From contig CM000151.3 of the NCBI GenBank assembly GCA_000004695.1, positions 7,296,001 through 7,360,000 of the forward strand: a stretch of 64,000 nucleotides of DNA, written 5' to 3'. The translations under genes were made by a program, and so were the position numbers. The DNA comes from Dictyostelium discoideum (lineage: Eukaryota). Below the pieces are notes generated by a model. The model searched no databases and was not told the DNA's origin. It saw only the letters and a list, made by a program, of their open reading frames with translations. This document shows, in pieces, positions 1-12,250 of this stretch (positions within the stretch are counted from its first letter, which is position 1; every line of letters begins with the position of its first letter).

Positions 1-646
1 GATGGTGGTTGAAGTGAAATTGATTTTGTGATATTATCTTCCAAGTAAGGTTCTTCAATTGGTAGCTTTAAGAATTGTAATAAACATTGTTCCTTTGATT
101 TAGTTTTAACATGATCAGCAACATCATTCCAAGAGTCACTATAGATATCCAATGCTTCCAAAAGTAATAAAGTCTCTTGATCAGTCCATTGATCTTCCAA
201 TGGACTTGGTTCAGGTAATTCAATCTTTTTGAATTGATCCTTTATCAAATGTGAATGATCAATAAATGTTTGGTCATTGGTGAAACAATTATTACATAAA
301 AGTATGGTTTGTGGTGGTTGTGGTTGAATCACTTGTTCACCTGATACCGCTTGATCTTGTGGTGGTGGTGCTGGTGTAAAACTATATCTAAGGAATGTAC
401 AATCTTGTGAACATTTAGAACAAATATGTCTAAATGGTTGTGAGAATAAATTTTGTCTAAGGTCTAATGATGTTGAAAATGGTTTCGATATATTATTTGT
501 TGATGATGATGAAGATGATGATGAAGAGGATGAGGAAGTCGATTGTTTTGGTGATGTTATCTTTTCTTTTGTAGTTGTTGTGGTTGTGGTTGTAGTTGAT
601 GTTGTTGTTGTTTCTCTTTCAATTGTATTATTATTACTATTATTAC

Positions 647-714
<68 letters not shown>

Positions 715-3183
715 GAAGATAATAATGGTATATAAGCACCACCATCTGGATTTACAAAATAATTAATCAAACCCCAATGTTCAAGGAAACTATGAACACG
801 AAGTATTGAACAAACATCACCAACTAAATTTCTTCTAATTGCAGTAAGTGTTAAATATTGATATGGATTTTGAAGATAAGTGTTGATCATAAAATCACGA
901 TATTCTTTATAAACTTCAGGTGTTTTTGATGGTGATTTACCAGTAAAAAATTCTGGTAATTGATTCTTTTCAACTTCATGTATTCTTTCCATCTTGAACC
1001 AAGTACATTGTGATGGTGGAATTGTAAATGATGATTGAAGTGTAACATTTTTTGGTGGTTGTGGTTGTGGTTGTACTGATGTTGTAGTAGTTGTTGTTGG
1101 TTGTTGTGGTAATGATTGTTGCTGTTGTTGTTGTTGTTGTGGTAATACTTGTTGTTGTGGAAGTAATTGTTGTTGTGATTGCTGAGTAATTTGAGATCTT
1201 GGTGATAATGGAGTACCATTTGAATTAACTGGTATTAAAGTAGTTGGATTAATAGCACCTAAATTATTTGAATCAGTTGATGATGGAGCAGAAGAGATTG
1301 GTTGTGATGCAAATGGATTTGTAATACCACCAGCTGTATTGATAGTTGTTGGTGTTGTTGGATTTGATGATTTTGATGATGATCTTGGTCTATTGGTTGT
1401 TATTGGTGCTGCTCCTGTTGGACTTGTTTGTTTGGTTGGTGATGTTGGATTAGTGGTAGTAGTGGTAGAAGTGGTAGTTGTAGTTGTTTGTGGTGGTGCA
1501 ATATTTGGTACTGGTTTGGCAAATGGTGGAGGAAGTTGTTGTATACTTGGTTGTTGATTTAATTGATTTTGTAATAATTGCTGTTGTTGTGATATTTGTT
1601 GTATTATTTGTTGTTGATTCTCTGCATCTGTTGGAATGGTAGTTGTGGTGGCTTCTTGTAATGGTTGCATTGGTTGTGGTGGTAATTGTTGTTGATCAGT
1701 ATCGTCATGTTTTTGTTTTTTACTTGGGGTTGAAGTTGGATCAGCTAATGGTCTTTTATTAGAATCATTAACTTCACTACCTGAATCAACATTCATTTGG
1801 TCACCACCATTTGATTGTTCTGTACCACCATTTGAATCTTGTGCTGTAGTATTTTCACTATTGCTATTGCTATTGCTATTATTACTATTTAATGTCTTTC
1901 TCTTTGCTTTTCTACCTCTCTTTTTAGGTATAGTACCAGCTGCAGTTAATTTAATTTGAGATGATGGTGATTTTGGACCATCTTTATTTACATTGTTGTT
2001 GTTGTTGTTGTTGGTATTAGTAGTTGAACTGTTATTATTAGTATTATTACTATTACTATTACTATTGTTATTATTATTACTTTCATCCAATTCATAATCG
2101 ATTTCATTCATCCATTCATTGAAAATCTCAGTATCAGTGATCCATCTTGGATTTAGGAACCATTGACCAACATGAGATTGATCGAGATCAGGATCATCAC
2201 CTTCTACCTCTGTAGATGGAAGCCAAGTATCATATGAATCTGGATAATACCACCAATGTACTAAACTCATTTTACTCTTATTTTCAATAGTTCTAATATA
2301 TTCCAAGTCTGCTTGATCATTACTATTACTATTGTTATCAACTTTAATAATATGTGTTGCCAATTTGGAATCTGTTACAATCTTACCACCATGATTTTCA
2401 ACTATCTTTGCTAAATCTTTATCACTCTTTACATCTGAATTTAAAAAAACAATTGGAAATTTTAATAATTCTAATTTCTATAATCATTATTATTATAAAA
2501 ATAAAAATATTTTATATGATATTAGTAACTTATTGATCTATCTATCTATCTATCTATGTATGTATGAATAATAAATAATAATAATACAATTAAATTTGAT
2601 TCAATTAAATCTAATAATTCTATATTCTTCTCTTTTTTCGAAGCAACTTTAAAATCTGATTTTTTCCAATCTTGTGAAGTTTTAAATGATTGAATTGTAT
2701 CTAAAACATGAAATAATGATCCATTTGTTGAATAATCTTTTAATAATTTCATTGGTAATTTGGTTTTATTTGATGGTTTATCAGTTGCCTTTTTTTTTTT
2801 AATTATATATGTTTAAAGAGAAAGTTTTTTTTAAATTAATATTGCTATTTTCTAAATTAAAATATATTTTTAAAAAAAAGAAAAAAAAGAGTATATATAT
2901 ATATATATATAATTACATTTTTACCGAAAGCATCTTCATAAAATTGAATTAAACTAAATATTAATTGACCTAAACTTTTGGTTGTTAATGATTGGTCGTC
3001 GGCACCATTATATTTTTCAACTAATGCTTGTCTAACTGGTTCTAATTTCTTTAAAAAAGCTGAATCTTCAAAATCTTTGGCATTGATATTAAATTCTCTA
3101 TTCTTTACTATTGTTGTTGTTGTTGTTGTTGGTGTGGTTGTCTCTTCACTATTTGGTGATGAAATTGTTCCATTTGATGTCAT
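1..3183 (-). CDS. SWI/SNF complex subunit SMARCC/SWI3 homolog; 3 exons in window (3183..2917, 2788..2588, 2477..<1), C-terminus continues beyond window start
   Basis: Start is MTSNGT at 3183. Exon 1 ends ..LIQFYEDAFGKN, which resembles SMARCC1 LLQFQEDAFGKHV. Exon 3 has a BRCT-like block KSKMSLVHWWYYPDSYDTW...WITDTEIFNEWMNEIDYELDE, close to SMARCC1 VLVHWGFYPDSYDTWV...ILDTDIFNEWMNEEDYEVDE. The SANT domain [50 protein letters not shown] closely resembles SMARCC1 [42 protein letters not shown]. Two short AT-rich introns are phase-consistent (GTAATT..AG and GTATTA..AG). There is no stop before position 1. Confidence 0.8.
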
Positions 3184-4080
3184 TCTTTATGTCGTTTAGT
3201 TATTTTAAGTCTATATTATCGATTGTCGGGTGAATGTGAGTTCCTCTCTGTGTGTTTTGTGTGTTTTTGTGTTTTGTGTGTTTTGTGTTGTGTTGCGTTT
3301 ATTTTTAAATTTTTGAAAATTTATTTTATTGTTTATAAAAGACGACAACGACGATAAAAAAAAATAAAAATTTAAAAAAAAAAAAAAAAAAAAATGAAAT
3401 TACAGGATGTATATAAGTTTTATGATTTTTTTTTTTTTAGTTTTTTTGTTTTTTCCACTGAAGATCTATTTCCCCAATTTTTTTTTTTTTTTTTTTTTTT
3501 TTTTATTCTCTAAAAAAAAAAGAAGTAAAGGATAAATGAAAAAAAAAATTTTTGAAAAAATTTGAAATTTTTTTTTTTTTTATTTTTTTTTTTTTTGTAA
3601 TTTTTTTATTTTTTTTTTTTTTCAATATTTTAGCAGTTAAAAATGCTTTTTTTTTGTAATTAATTTTTTTTTTTTTTTTTTTTAAAAATTTAAAAAAAAT
3701 GAAATATTAAGAAGTTCAAAATTAAATCGTAAAACCGAAAAAAGAATTATTTTTTTTTTTACTTTTTTTTATTTTATTATAATCAAAAAAAAAAAAAGAA
3801 AAATAAAATAAAATAAAATAAAAATATTAAAAAAAAATAAAAATAATAAAAAAATTTTCAAATTCATAGATAAATCAAAATTTTGATTTCTTTTTTCTAG
3901 ACCACCCAAAAAAAAAAAAAATCTTTTTTTTTTTTTTTTTTAATTTTTTGTTGGATTTATTTTTAGTTTTCAGTTTTTTTTTTTTTATTATTTTGAAATG
4001 AAAAATCTTTTTATTTTGTTTATTTTTATCTTTTTAATGTCAAACCACAAAATGTATAATTATATTTTATTTTAATATTT

Positions 4081-4783
4081 TTAATAATCATAATCATAGT
4101 CATCATCTCCGCTGTAGTAGGTACAATTATCACATTTATTTTTTAAAAATACAACAACCACTGGTACAACTGGTAATGAAACACCCAACAAAACAAAAAA
4201 AAGTAGAATTGAAACTAGACCATATACTCTAGCTCTTGACCTTCTTTTGAGATAAATAAATCCAAGTAACCAAATAAACGGAATTAAAAAACCAGTTCTA
4301 AATTTTTATTTTTAATAAAAATATTAAATTTTTTAATTTTTTAATTTTAGTTTAAATAATAAAAAAAAAATATTTTAACTTTTTAACATACATTAAAATT
4401 ATTAAAGAAGCTGTGTCATCTTTTACTTTACAAATTTTAAATTTCTTTTTTGGTTTTTTCGAAGATGTTTTTAAAGATTTAATATTATTATTGTTATTAT
4501 TATCATAGTGTTGAGATGGTTTGGTTTCAATAGGAGGATTTATTTGTGGTGGTAAATGTGGAGTTTTATGAGTATCGGTTGGTTTATCTAAGGAGATTGG
4601 TGATAAATGAGGATTTGTAAATAAACCATTTTGTTTCTTTAGAGAAATTGGTTGAGATTCTTGAATGTGAGGAGTTCTTATCAAACCTGTTTGTATCTCT
4701 AATGAAACTGGTGGATAATCATTTTCTCTCTGATATTTTATATAAACTCTGGTCTTTTTTTTGCTTTCTTTTTCTAGGCTCAA
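4081..4783 (-). CDS. hypothetical small membrane protein (two predicted TM helices, DY-rich acidic C-tail KNKCDNCTYYSGDDDYDYDY); 2 exons 4783..4392, 4297..4081; start codon unresolved
   Basis: ORF 4352..4783 joined through a GTATGT..AG intron (phase 2) to a downstream exon encoding ITGFLIPFIWLLGFIYLKRRSRARVYGLVSILLFFVLLGVSLPVVPVVVVFLKNKCDNCTYYSGDDDYDYDY*. The N-terminal region has three copies of a P-x-SL-x2-Q-x-GL-x3-PH peptide repeat. The ORF-track start is a TTG with an in-frame stop just upstream. An ATG at about 4806 is in the -1 frame across an A8 run. Confidence 0.4.
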
Positions 4784-4799
4784 CTTTCAAAAATTGGTA

Positions 4800-4925
4800 A
4801 TTCTTTTGCATCTTTAGATAATCACTCTTTCACTACTATCTTGACTTATTTCCTCTCTGTATCAACACTATTCTCCATTTTTCTATCATGACTTGTTTCA
4901 CTCTCTGTTTCAACACTGTTCTCCT
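4800..4925. repeat. two copies of a ~37-bp direct repeat immediately 5' of the 4783 gene (minus strand)
   Basis: cttatttcctctctgtatcaacactattctccattttt and cttgtttcactctctgtttcaacactgttctccttttc. On the minus strand they would encode ENSVETESETSHD / ENSVDTERK in a short ATG-initiated ORF (MNKEKENSVETESETSHDRKMENSVDTERK*). Confidence 0.6.
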
Positions 4926-5029
4926 TTTCTTTATTCATTTAACTAATTATTATCGTAAAAAAAAAAAACAATTTAAAAAAAAAAGGTACGTTTTTTGATT
5001 GATAAAAAAAAAAAATCAAATCGACACAC

Positions 5030-5060
<31 letters not shown>

Positions 5061-5616
5061 CCCTATTCTTTGAAAAAGTAAATTTGAAAATGTAAAAATA
5101 GTTTTTTTTTCAAAAATAAAAGATATTTATTTCATTACACTTTAGAGAAAATTATTAAATTTGATTTTCTTAATTTTAAACAAAAAATAATAACAAATAA
5201 TTTTTTTTTTAGTATTTCATTTTTTTTTTTTTTTTTTAAAAAAATAAGAAATACTAAAAAAAAAAAAAAAAATTACAATAATATTATAATAAAATAGATT
5301 ATTAAAAAAAAAAAGTAATATCCTAAATTTTGATTTTTTTCTTTAATTTTAAAGGGGAGCCAGTTTGGGATGTGTTCACCAGCAGTAACACATCACCAAA
5401 CCAACAAATTTTGTTTGGTACATATATTTCGAAGTATGAATTTGTCAAAGCACTAAATAAAGTGATGGCGACAATTCATTGAGATTGATTAATTATTTTG
5501 GAAGAATAATTGAGTTACTGAAGATAAAAATTTTTTCACACTCATTTAAATACCAATAATAATCATTTCACCATTATGGGAATTTAAAAATATCTTAATT
5601 TTTGGCCGCTTGTGAA

Positions 5617-5647
<31 letters not shown>

Positions 5648-5661
5648 AAATATTAACTGAC

Positions 5662-5807
5662 TTATAATTTTGAGAAAATTTTATTATTAATCTTCACACG
5701 ACGATTACTAAAATGATATATTGTCATGAAAGTATTATTTTTGTTATTTATAATTTCATCATAAGAAAATGTGTTTGAATTAATTTTTCTTATTCTATTA
5801 TGGAATA

Positions 5808-5905
<98 letters not shown>

Positions 5906-6357
5906 GTAATTTCTAATGGATTAAAACAATTAAACATTAAACCTATTTTAGTATCTAAAAGATATTCTTTTCCATCTACCCATTTTAAAATATTTGAATA
6001 ATGAATATTATTTTTTTTATTATTATTTTTAAATGATTTGACTAATTTTATATTGAAACCATTTTCATGTAAAAATAAACCAAATACTATATTTAAATCT
6101 GAAAAATTAGAAGGTAACCTATCAATTAAAACCTTTTTAATTGCATTTTCATTTGATATAACTATAATTTCATTTGATTGATTATCATAATTAATTATAT
6201 TTGTTGATTTTATAAAATTATAATGTAATTCAGTTATATCACTTATATTTATTATTGAAAATTCTTGATTATAATTTAAAAAATCAAAAAATAATTTTTT
6301 AATATTATAAAAACTATAATAATAATGATATAAATTTTTATTATTATTATCCAACAT
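5662..6357 (-). CDS. arylamine N-acetyltransferase-like paralog, predicted non-catalytic (active-site Cys replaced)
   Basis: Single exon, first ATG at 6357 within ORF 5662..6477. Homologous to the upstream NAT gene: AIKKVLIDRLPSNFSDLNIVFGLFLHENGFNIKLVKS versus IVKRLLIDGEGGICTTLNILMGMFLYEFGIPVRLIKA, and SNILKWVDGKEYLLDTKIGLMFNCFNPLEI versus SNLIQWPLNSKWYMVEVGIGFFGSLNPIEL. The GGxC catalytic Cys motif and the F-E-N-L like motif are missing. It carries a 30-residue poly-Asn insert. Confidence 0.55.
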
Positions 6358-6629
6358 TTTGTGTAATGGGAGTTTATAAAAAATAAAAAAAAAAAATAAA
6401 AAAAAAAAAAATCCAATAATAAAAAGAGCAATGACAAAAACAAAATTAATTAAAAAAAAAATAAATAAATAAAACAATAATAATAATAATAATAAAAGAT
6501 TTTAAATTTTTTTTTTAAAAAAAGTGTGTGTAATTTTAAATCGTTTAATGTTTAATTAATATTTTATTTAGGGGTTAATAATATTATTTTTTTATTTTAT
6601 TTTTTATTTTTTAATTTTTTTTTTTTAAT

Positions 6630-7499
6630 TTATATTTGTTTTTTTATATTTTCATTTAAATTAATTTTAAAATAATTTAATAATAATTTTTTTAATTGAT
6701 ATTGATCAGTAATTGTAATAGTATTTTCTTTTCCATCTAGGAAACCAATTTTTAAACAATCATGGTGAAAATAGTAATAACCTTTTTCAAATTTTAAAAA
6801 TGAAAATAATTTTTTCTCTGTAATTTCAAGGTAACGTTGGTGACAATCTAAAATTTCACCATGAGTAATTTCACTTGAACTGAATTGAAATAAATTTAAA
6901 TAACTATCCATGCCAGGTTTTTTCTCTTGATAAATGTATGATGAATCATCTGAATTCTCAATACAACGATAGTAGGAGTGATTGCCAGCATTTGATAAAA
7001 CACCAATTTCATTACCCAATTCAATTGGATTTAATGAACCAAAGAAACCAATTCCAACTTCAACCATATACCATTTACTATTTAATGGCCATTGAATTAA
7101 ATTTGAAATGTGGCATGAAAAATGTGGAACTATATTAAATTGTGATTGTTTATATGCTTTAATCAATCTAACTGGAATTCCAAATTCATAAAGAAACATA
7201 CCCATTAAAATATTTAATGTTGTACAAATACCACCCTCACCATCAATTAGTAATCTTTTAACAATATAATCTAATCCCCATTCATCAATACCATGACAAA
7301 GGTCAAAATTATTATATGGTAATTCTTCAACAAACTTTTTTTGTAGAAATGCAATATCATCCAAAGTTTTTAATTGAAAATCTTTTTTTAATTTCAATTT
7401 ATGAATTAATAATTCTTTAATATTATATTTATGACCATTAATTAATTTTTTATATGAGAAAATTTCATTATTATTATTAATTTCATTTAAATAATCCAT
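6630..7499 (-). CDS. arylamine N-acetyltransferase (NAT) family protein
   Basis: Intact 289-aa ORF. ELPYNNFDLCHGID corresponds to the NAT VPFENLNIHCGD motif. RLLIDGEGGICTTLNILMGMFL corresponds to the NAT RNRGGWCLQVNHLLYWAL catalytic-Cys motif. Sits in tandem, same orientation, with the paralog at 5662..6357. Confidence 0.7.
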   Translation of the reverse strand: MDYLNEINNNNEIFSYKKLINGHKYNIKELLIHKLKLKKDFQLKTLDDIAFLQKKFVEELPYNNFDLCHGIDEWGLDYIVKRLLIDGEGGICTTLNILMGMFLYEFGIPVRLIKAYKQSQFNIVPHFSCHISNLIQWPLNSKWYMVEVGIGFFGSLNPIELGNEIGVLSNAGNHSYYRCIENSDDSSYIYQEKKPGMDSYLNLFQFSSSEITHGEILDCHQRYLEITEKKLFSFLKFEKGYYYFHHDCLKIGFLDGKENTITITDQYQLKKLLLNYFKINLNENIKKQI

Positions 7500-7759
7500 T
7501 ATTTTTTTATTTTTTTTTTTTATTTTTTTTTTTTGAAATAATATTAAATAATTTATTTTTTTTATTTATTTTTTCGAATTTTAAAAATAAAAAAAAAAAG
7601 GTTTAAAAAGTTAGAAATAATTAAAATAAAAATATGATAAAATAAAAAAAAAATAAAAAAAATAATAAATAGTTAACATATTTTTTTTTTTTTTTTTTTT
7701 TTTTTTGTTTTTTTTTTTTTACCATTTAAAATATCAAACCTCTTGTCACACACGCTTGT

Positions 7760-7793
<34 letters not shown>

Positions 7794-8446
7794 AATTAAT
7801 GTAAAAGTGTGTTTATTGGGTGTGTTTTTTTTTTTTAAATTTAGATATATACTTTTACATTAATCTTTTTTTTTATTATTTTAAATTTTTTTTTAATTTT
7901 TTTTGATTTTTTTTTTTTTTTTTTTTTTTTTTTGGTCATAAAAAAATGCTCCACAGTAGTTAATTCAATAAAATTGTAATTTATAGATCTATATTTGTAA
8001 AATATTAATTGGAAAAAATAATAAAAAAATTTAAATTTTTTTAAAATTAATTTTTTGACAAGCCTGCCAAAAAATACTAATAAAATAAATAATTTATTTA
8101 TTTTACCAGATTTAAAAATTAATTTTATTTTGAAAATAAAAAAAAATATGTTTTTTAAAAATTGAAAAGATTTATTTTATTTTTTATTTAATTTTTTTTA
8201 ATTATTTTTTTCCCTTTGGAATTTCCACATCCAAAAAGATTTAATGTAAAAATACTTTTTTTTAAATTAAAAAAATAAATTTGATCAAAATACTTTACGT
8301 GTATCTTATTTAAGATTTTTTTTTTAAAATTTACCATTGTTTTTTTTTTTTTATATTTAAAGATTTAGCAAGTAATCATATATTTACCTATATTCTGATT
8401 AATTAAAAATTAAAAATAAAAAAATTAAAAAAAAAAAAACTTCCAA

Positions 8447-8483
<37 letters not shown>

Positions 8484-8769
8484 TAAATATTATCTCTTTT
8501 TTATATAAAAACTTAAAAATTAGTACTTTTATTTTATTTTACATATTTTTGAATGATCATTACTTTTTTTTTTTTTTTAATAATGGCCATTATTGAGGGA
8601 AAAGGAGTTCTTTTTTTTTTCCAAAATTTAATAATGATTTTTTTTTTATTTTTTTATTTGTTATTATAAATTTATATCTTTTTTTATATATATATTTTTT
8701 AATTTTTTTTTATTTATTTATTTTTATTTTTTTTTTTAATTTTTTTTTTTTTTTTTTATTTATTTAGAT

Positions 8770-9814
8770 TTATTTTTTAGCAGCAGCTTTTGCTTCTTCT
8801 TTACCATTAAGATATTTTTCAATTAAAATATTTTCAGATTCTAATTTTGAAGCTAATTTCTTTGCTTGTTCTTCAAAGGAAAGACTTGAGAGTTCAGAAT
8901 CTAAATCGACAGGGGTACCAGTGTATGGAACAGTTTCTGGATGTTCCAAAAAGGATTGCCATTTATGAATATCAGAGAATTGAGCAGCGAGATGTTGACG
9001 AATTAAACCGAGACCCAAACGTTCAGCTTCAGCTCTCTTTTTATCTTCATCGATTTTCTTTTCGAGTCTATCTTTTTCGTCGAGGATTTCAGCGAGTTTT
9101 AATTCGAGGATAGCTTTATCTTTTTCACATTTGGCAAGACGAGATTCGAGATCGAGTTTAGCCAATTTCTCATCATCGAGACCACGAAGGGCATCGTCAA
9201 TCTTTGATTGGAGATCGGTGATACGAGAGTTTCTATTATCATTTTGTTCTCTGATTTTGTTGAGAGCATCTTCGAGATCCTTCTTTTGTTTGACCAATTC
9301 CTCTTGAGAGTGTTTCTCACCTTCGAGAGATTGTTCGAGTGAGGCTAATTTATTGTTTAATGAATTTTGACTGGCTTCAAGTGCTTCTCTTTCCTCTTTG
9401 GCACGGAAAGCATGGAAGAACAATGAAGTGTAAAGTACGATTGAACGTTCATCGACATTACCTTTGGAGAGGGATTCAGCTTCTAAAAGCTTTGGAATAC
9501 CTAATCCTTTCTCTGCGAAATCAAAGGCAGCATTCAAACGAGCAATATTATCATGACCTTCATATTCATCATATTTGAAAACGGTTGGATCATATTTATG
9601 TGCTAATGCCAAGAAACCATGACCATCACGGAAACTAGATTTAAAGCCTGTGATATTAACATTATTATAACCTTCTGTGGTCTTTTTACACCAAGCTAAT
9701 AAACCTTCCTCTGATGATTTATCACCTTCATTAATAACTGAAATACGATATTTACGATATAATGTCCATAAAAAACCCAAAATCATCTTTTTATTATTAT
9801 CAACAAATTCTTTT

Positions 9815-9861
<47 letters not shown>

Positions 9862-10212
9862 TAATAAATTATTCATATTAATAATTTTATAAATTAAATT
9901 GGTTATTATTTTTAATTTAAATTTACCTTCAGCAGCAACACCTTGAACTTTAATTTTTAAATCTTCATCAATGAAAAGCATAGCTAAATGAAGATTTTGT
10001 ACTCTCATAATTCTTGTTTTTGGTTCGAGATCGAATTTCTTTGGGAATTTCTTTCCTGAAACAGATTCTAAAAAGTAAATTAATTTGACACCATCACTGA
10101 GATCAGTTGAAACATCTGAAATTTTATCACAACCACGTTTCTCTAATACTGAATTGACCCATGATGTAAAGGCCATTTCTTGAACTTTTTCCCATTCTTT
10201 ATTTAAATCCAT
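8770..10212 (-). CDS. ctxB: cortexillin (calponin-homology actin-binding domain + long coiled coil); 2 exons 10212..9927, 9809..8770; 441 aa
   Basis: N-terminus [51 protein letters not shown] is a CH domain that continues after a phase-1 GTAAAT..AG intron (A17 run inside the intron) as ..[27 protein letters not shown] heptad coiled coil of about 230 aa and a basic C-terminus [10 protein letters not shown] follow. The 441-aa length fits my recollection of cortexillin II, but the I versus II assignment is from memory only. Confidence 0.75.
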
Positions 10213-10808
10213 TGTTTTTTCTTTTTGTTTTTGTTTTTTTTTTTTTTTACAATAATTTACAAAGGTTTGATTTTTTTTTTTTTTTGTGTTTTTTTTTTTT
10301 TGAGTTTCTTAAATTATTAAAAAATTATATTATATTTTATTTTAATAATCTTTTTAATAATAAAATAGTTTAATAAATAAGTAAAAAAAGGTGTGTATAT
10401 ATAATAAATAAATATATAAATAAATATCAAAAACTATAAATATGATATATTTTTTTTTTTTTTGGACAAAAATAAATTATTAAAAGAAAAAAAAAAAAAA
10501 AATTAAAAAAAAAAAAAGTTTGCCAAAAAAAAAAAAAAATAAAAAAAAAAAAAATAAAAAAATATTAAATTTTTTTTTTTTTTAAAATCCCTAAAATTAC
10601 TTGAAAAAAAAAAGGGTTGGGTTCAAACTGAAATTATTTTTAAAAATAAAAAAAAAAAATTTTCAAATAATTATTTTTTATTTATTATTTTCATTTTTAT
10701 TTTTTTTTTTTTTGATCATTTCTCACCTCTCCCATCATATTATTTTAAAATGATTATTTTTTTTTCCACCATTATGTTATTAGAAAGTTAACTTGTATTT
10801 TTTCAAAC

Positions 10809-10853
<45 letters not shown>

Positions 10854-10872
10854 TTTAGTTAGTAAATAAATA

Positions 10873-10908
<36 letters not shown>

Positions 10909-10920
10909 TTTGGAACGTTT

Positions 10921-11056
10921 TTATTTTATTTCAATTTTTTTTTTTTTATTGTCTCTTTGTTCATTATCATCATTTTCTAAATTTATAATTTGATCATTTG
11001 TCCTTTTCTTTACAGTTAAAACACTACCCCATATATCATTTTTAAAATTACCATTA

Positions 11057-11087
<31 letters not shown>

Positions 11088-11376
11088 CATTATTGGTATT
11101 ATTTTTATTATTATTATTATTTGAGTTTGAATTTGGTGGTGATGATGATAGTAAAGATGAGTATGTTAAGGTTGATTGCTTTGAAGGTGACATTGATTTA
11201 TTTTTAATATATTTATTAGATGGTGTAGTTTTTATTATTACTAGATATTTTAACTTTATCATTGAATTGGATGGAACTAAAAATTGATTATATTTTCCCC
11301 AAACTTTTAAATAACCATTTAACCATCCATTTCCTTTAATTATTTTTGTTGATGGTATTGGTTTACCAATTGGAAA

Positions 11377-11443
<67 letters not shown>

Positions 11444-11885
11444 GGCTCAGGTGATAATTCACCAGTCACTTGAAGTATTTGATCCCTATCGATTTGATCA
11501 CTAATTTCTTTACAATAAACAAATTTCTCTTTTTTTTGGTTTTTATTATTATTTTTATTACTATTATCATCATTATCATCTTTTATAACTATACAATCTT
11601 TATCATCAGCTTCATCTTCAGTATCATCATCTTCATTATATTCTAAAACATTTTTAGTGTAATCTTCACTTTTTAATGTATCAATTTTAATTAAATTTGG
11701 TATTGAGATTGTTTTATAGTTTACTTCTACCAACATTAGGATACCAATATTTGGTTGAAATTTAGTTGTTGTTTTATCTCTTTGAAACTTTGACATATTA
11801 ATATTATCTAAACATCCATAAATATTATCCCAACATGATACTTTTATAATATTTATAAATATTATTAGTAAATGAATAATCTTTT

Positions 11886-11925
<40 letters not shown>

Positions 11926-12250
11926 TATTATTATTTTGATAAATACTAGATTTATAACTTGTAAAACTATTATAAGATGGTGAAATACCATTTAAAATTT
12001 TAGCAGCAACACTACTATTATAACAACCATACCAAAGTAATGATTGTTTATTATTTTTATCACTTGAAAAATCTTTTGAATTATCTGATAATCTTGTTGC
12101 TGTGAAACAATCTACACATTGAACTGTATAGTCTTCTTCGTTTGATGATCCATTGGCAATCATTGTTTCAATTGATTTATAACTTTCATTTCTTTTATCT
12201 AATGGCTCAACTGTTATATTTAATCTTTGTAATAAATTTGAATAATTCAT
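10921..12250 (-). CDS. divergent PARP-like ADP-ribosyltransferase-fold protein (N-terminal catalytic-like domain, Asn-rich linker, uncharacterised C-terminal domain); 2 exons 12250..11947, 11840..10921
   Basis: ORFs 11825..12250 and 10921..11991 are in different frames. A phase-1 intron (GTATTT..AG, about 106 nt) contains a 36-nt A run and joins them: ..SFTSYKS-I-SCWDNIYGCLDN.. Motifs: KQSLLWYGCYNSSVAAKILNGIS resembles PARP LLWHGSRTTNFAGILSQGL; NIGILMLVEVNY resembles PARP IGLILLGEVALG, with the Glu retained. His of the H-Y-E triad is replaced by Tyr. Confidence 0.45.

Noticed and set aside
557-745. Poly-Ile/Leu/Phe/Val/Tyr ORFs in the track (557..745, 5771..6001, 12596..12971, 15957..16148, 26503..26700, 39042..39407, 39176..39403, 41086..41340, 43243..43472, 43322..43699, 50134..50505, 50171..50383, 50836..51030, 51576..51761, 56398..56598, 63639..63929 and similar)
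   Set aside because: These are wrong-frame or antisense translations of (AAT)n, (CAA)n, (ATT)n or poly-T tracts. They lie inside real genes or intergenic microsatellites and have no complexity or homology.
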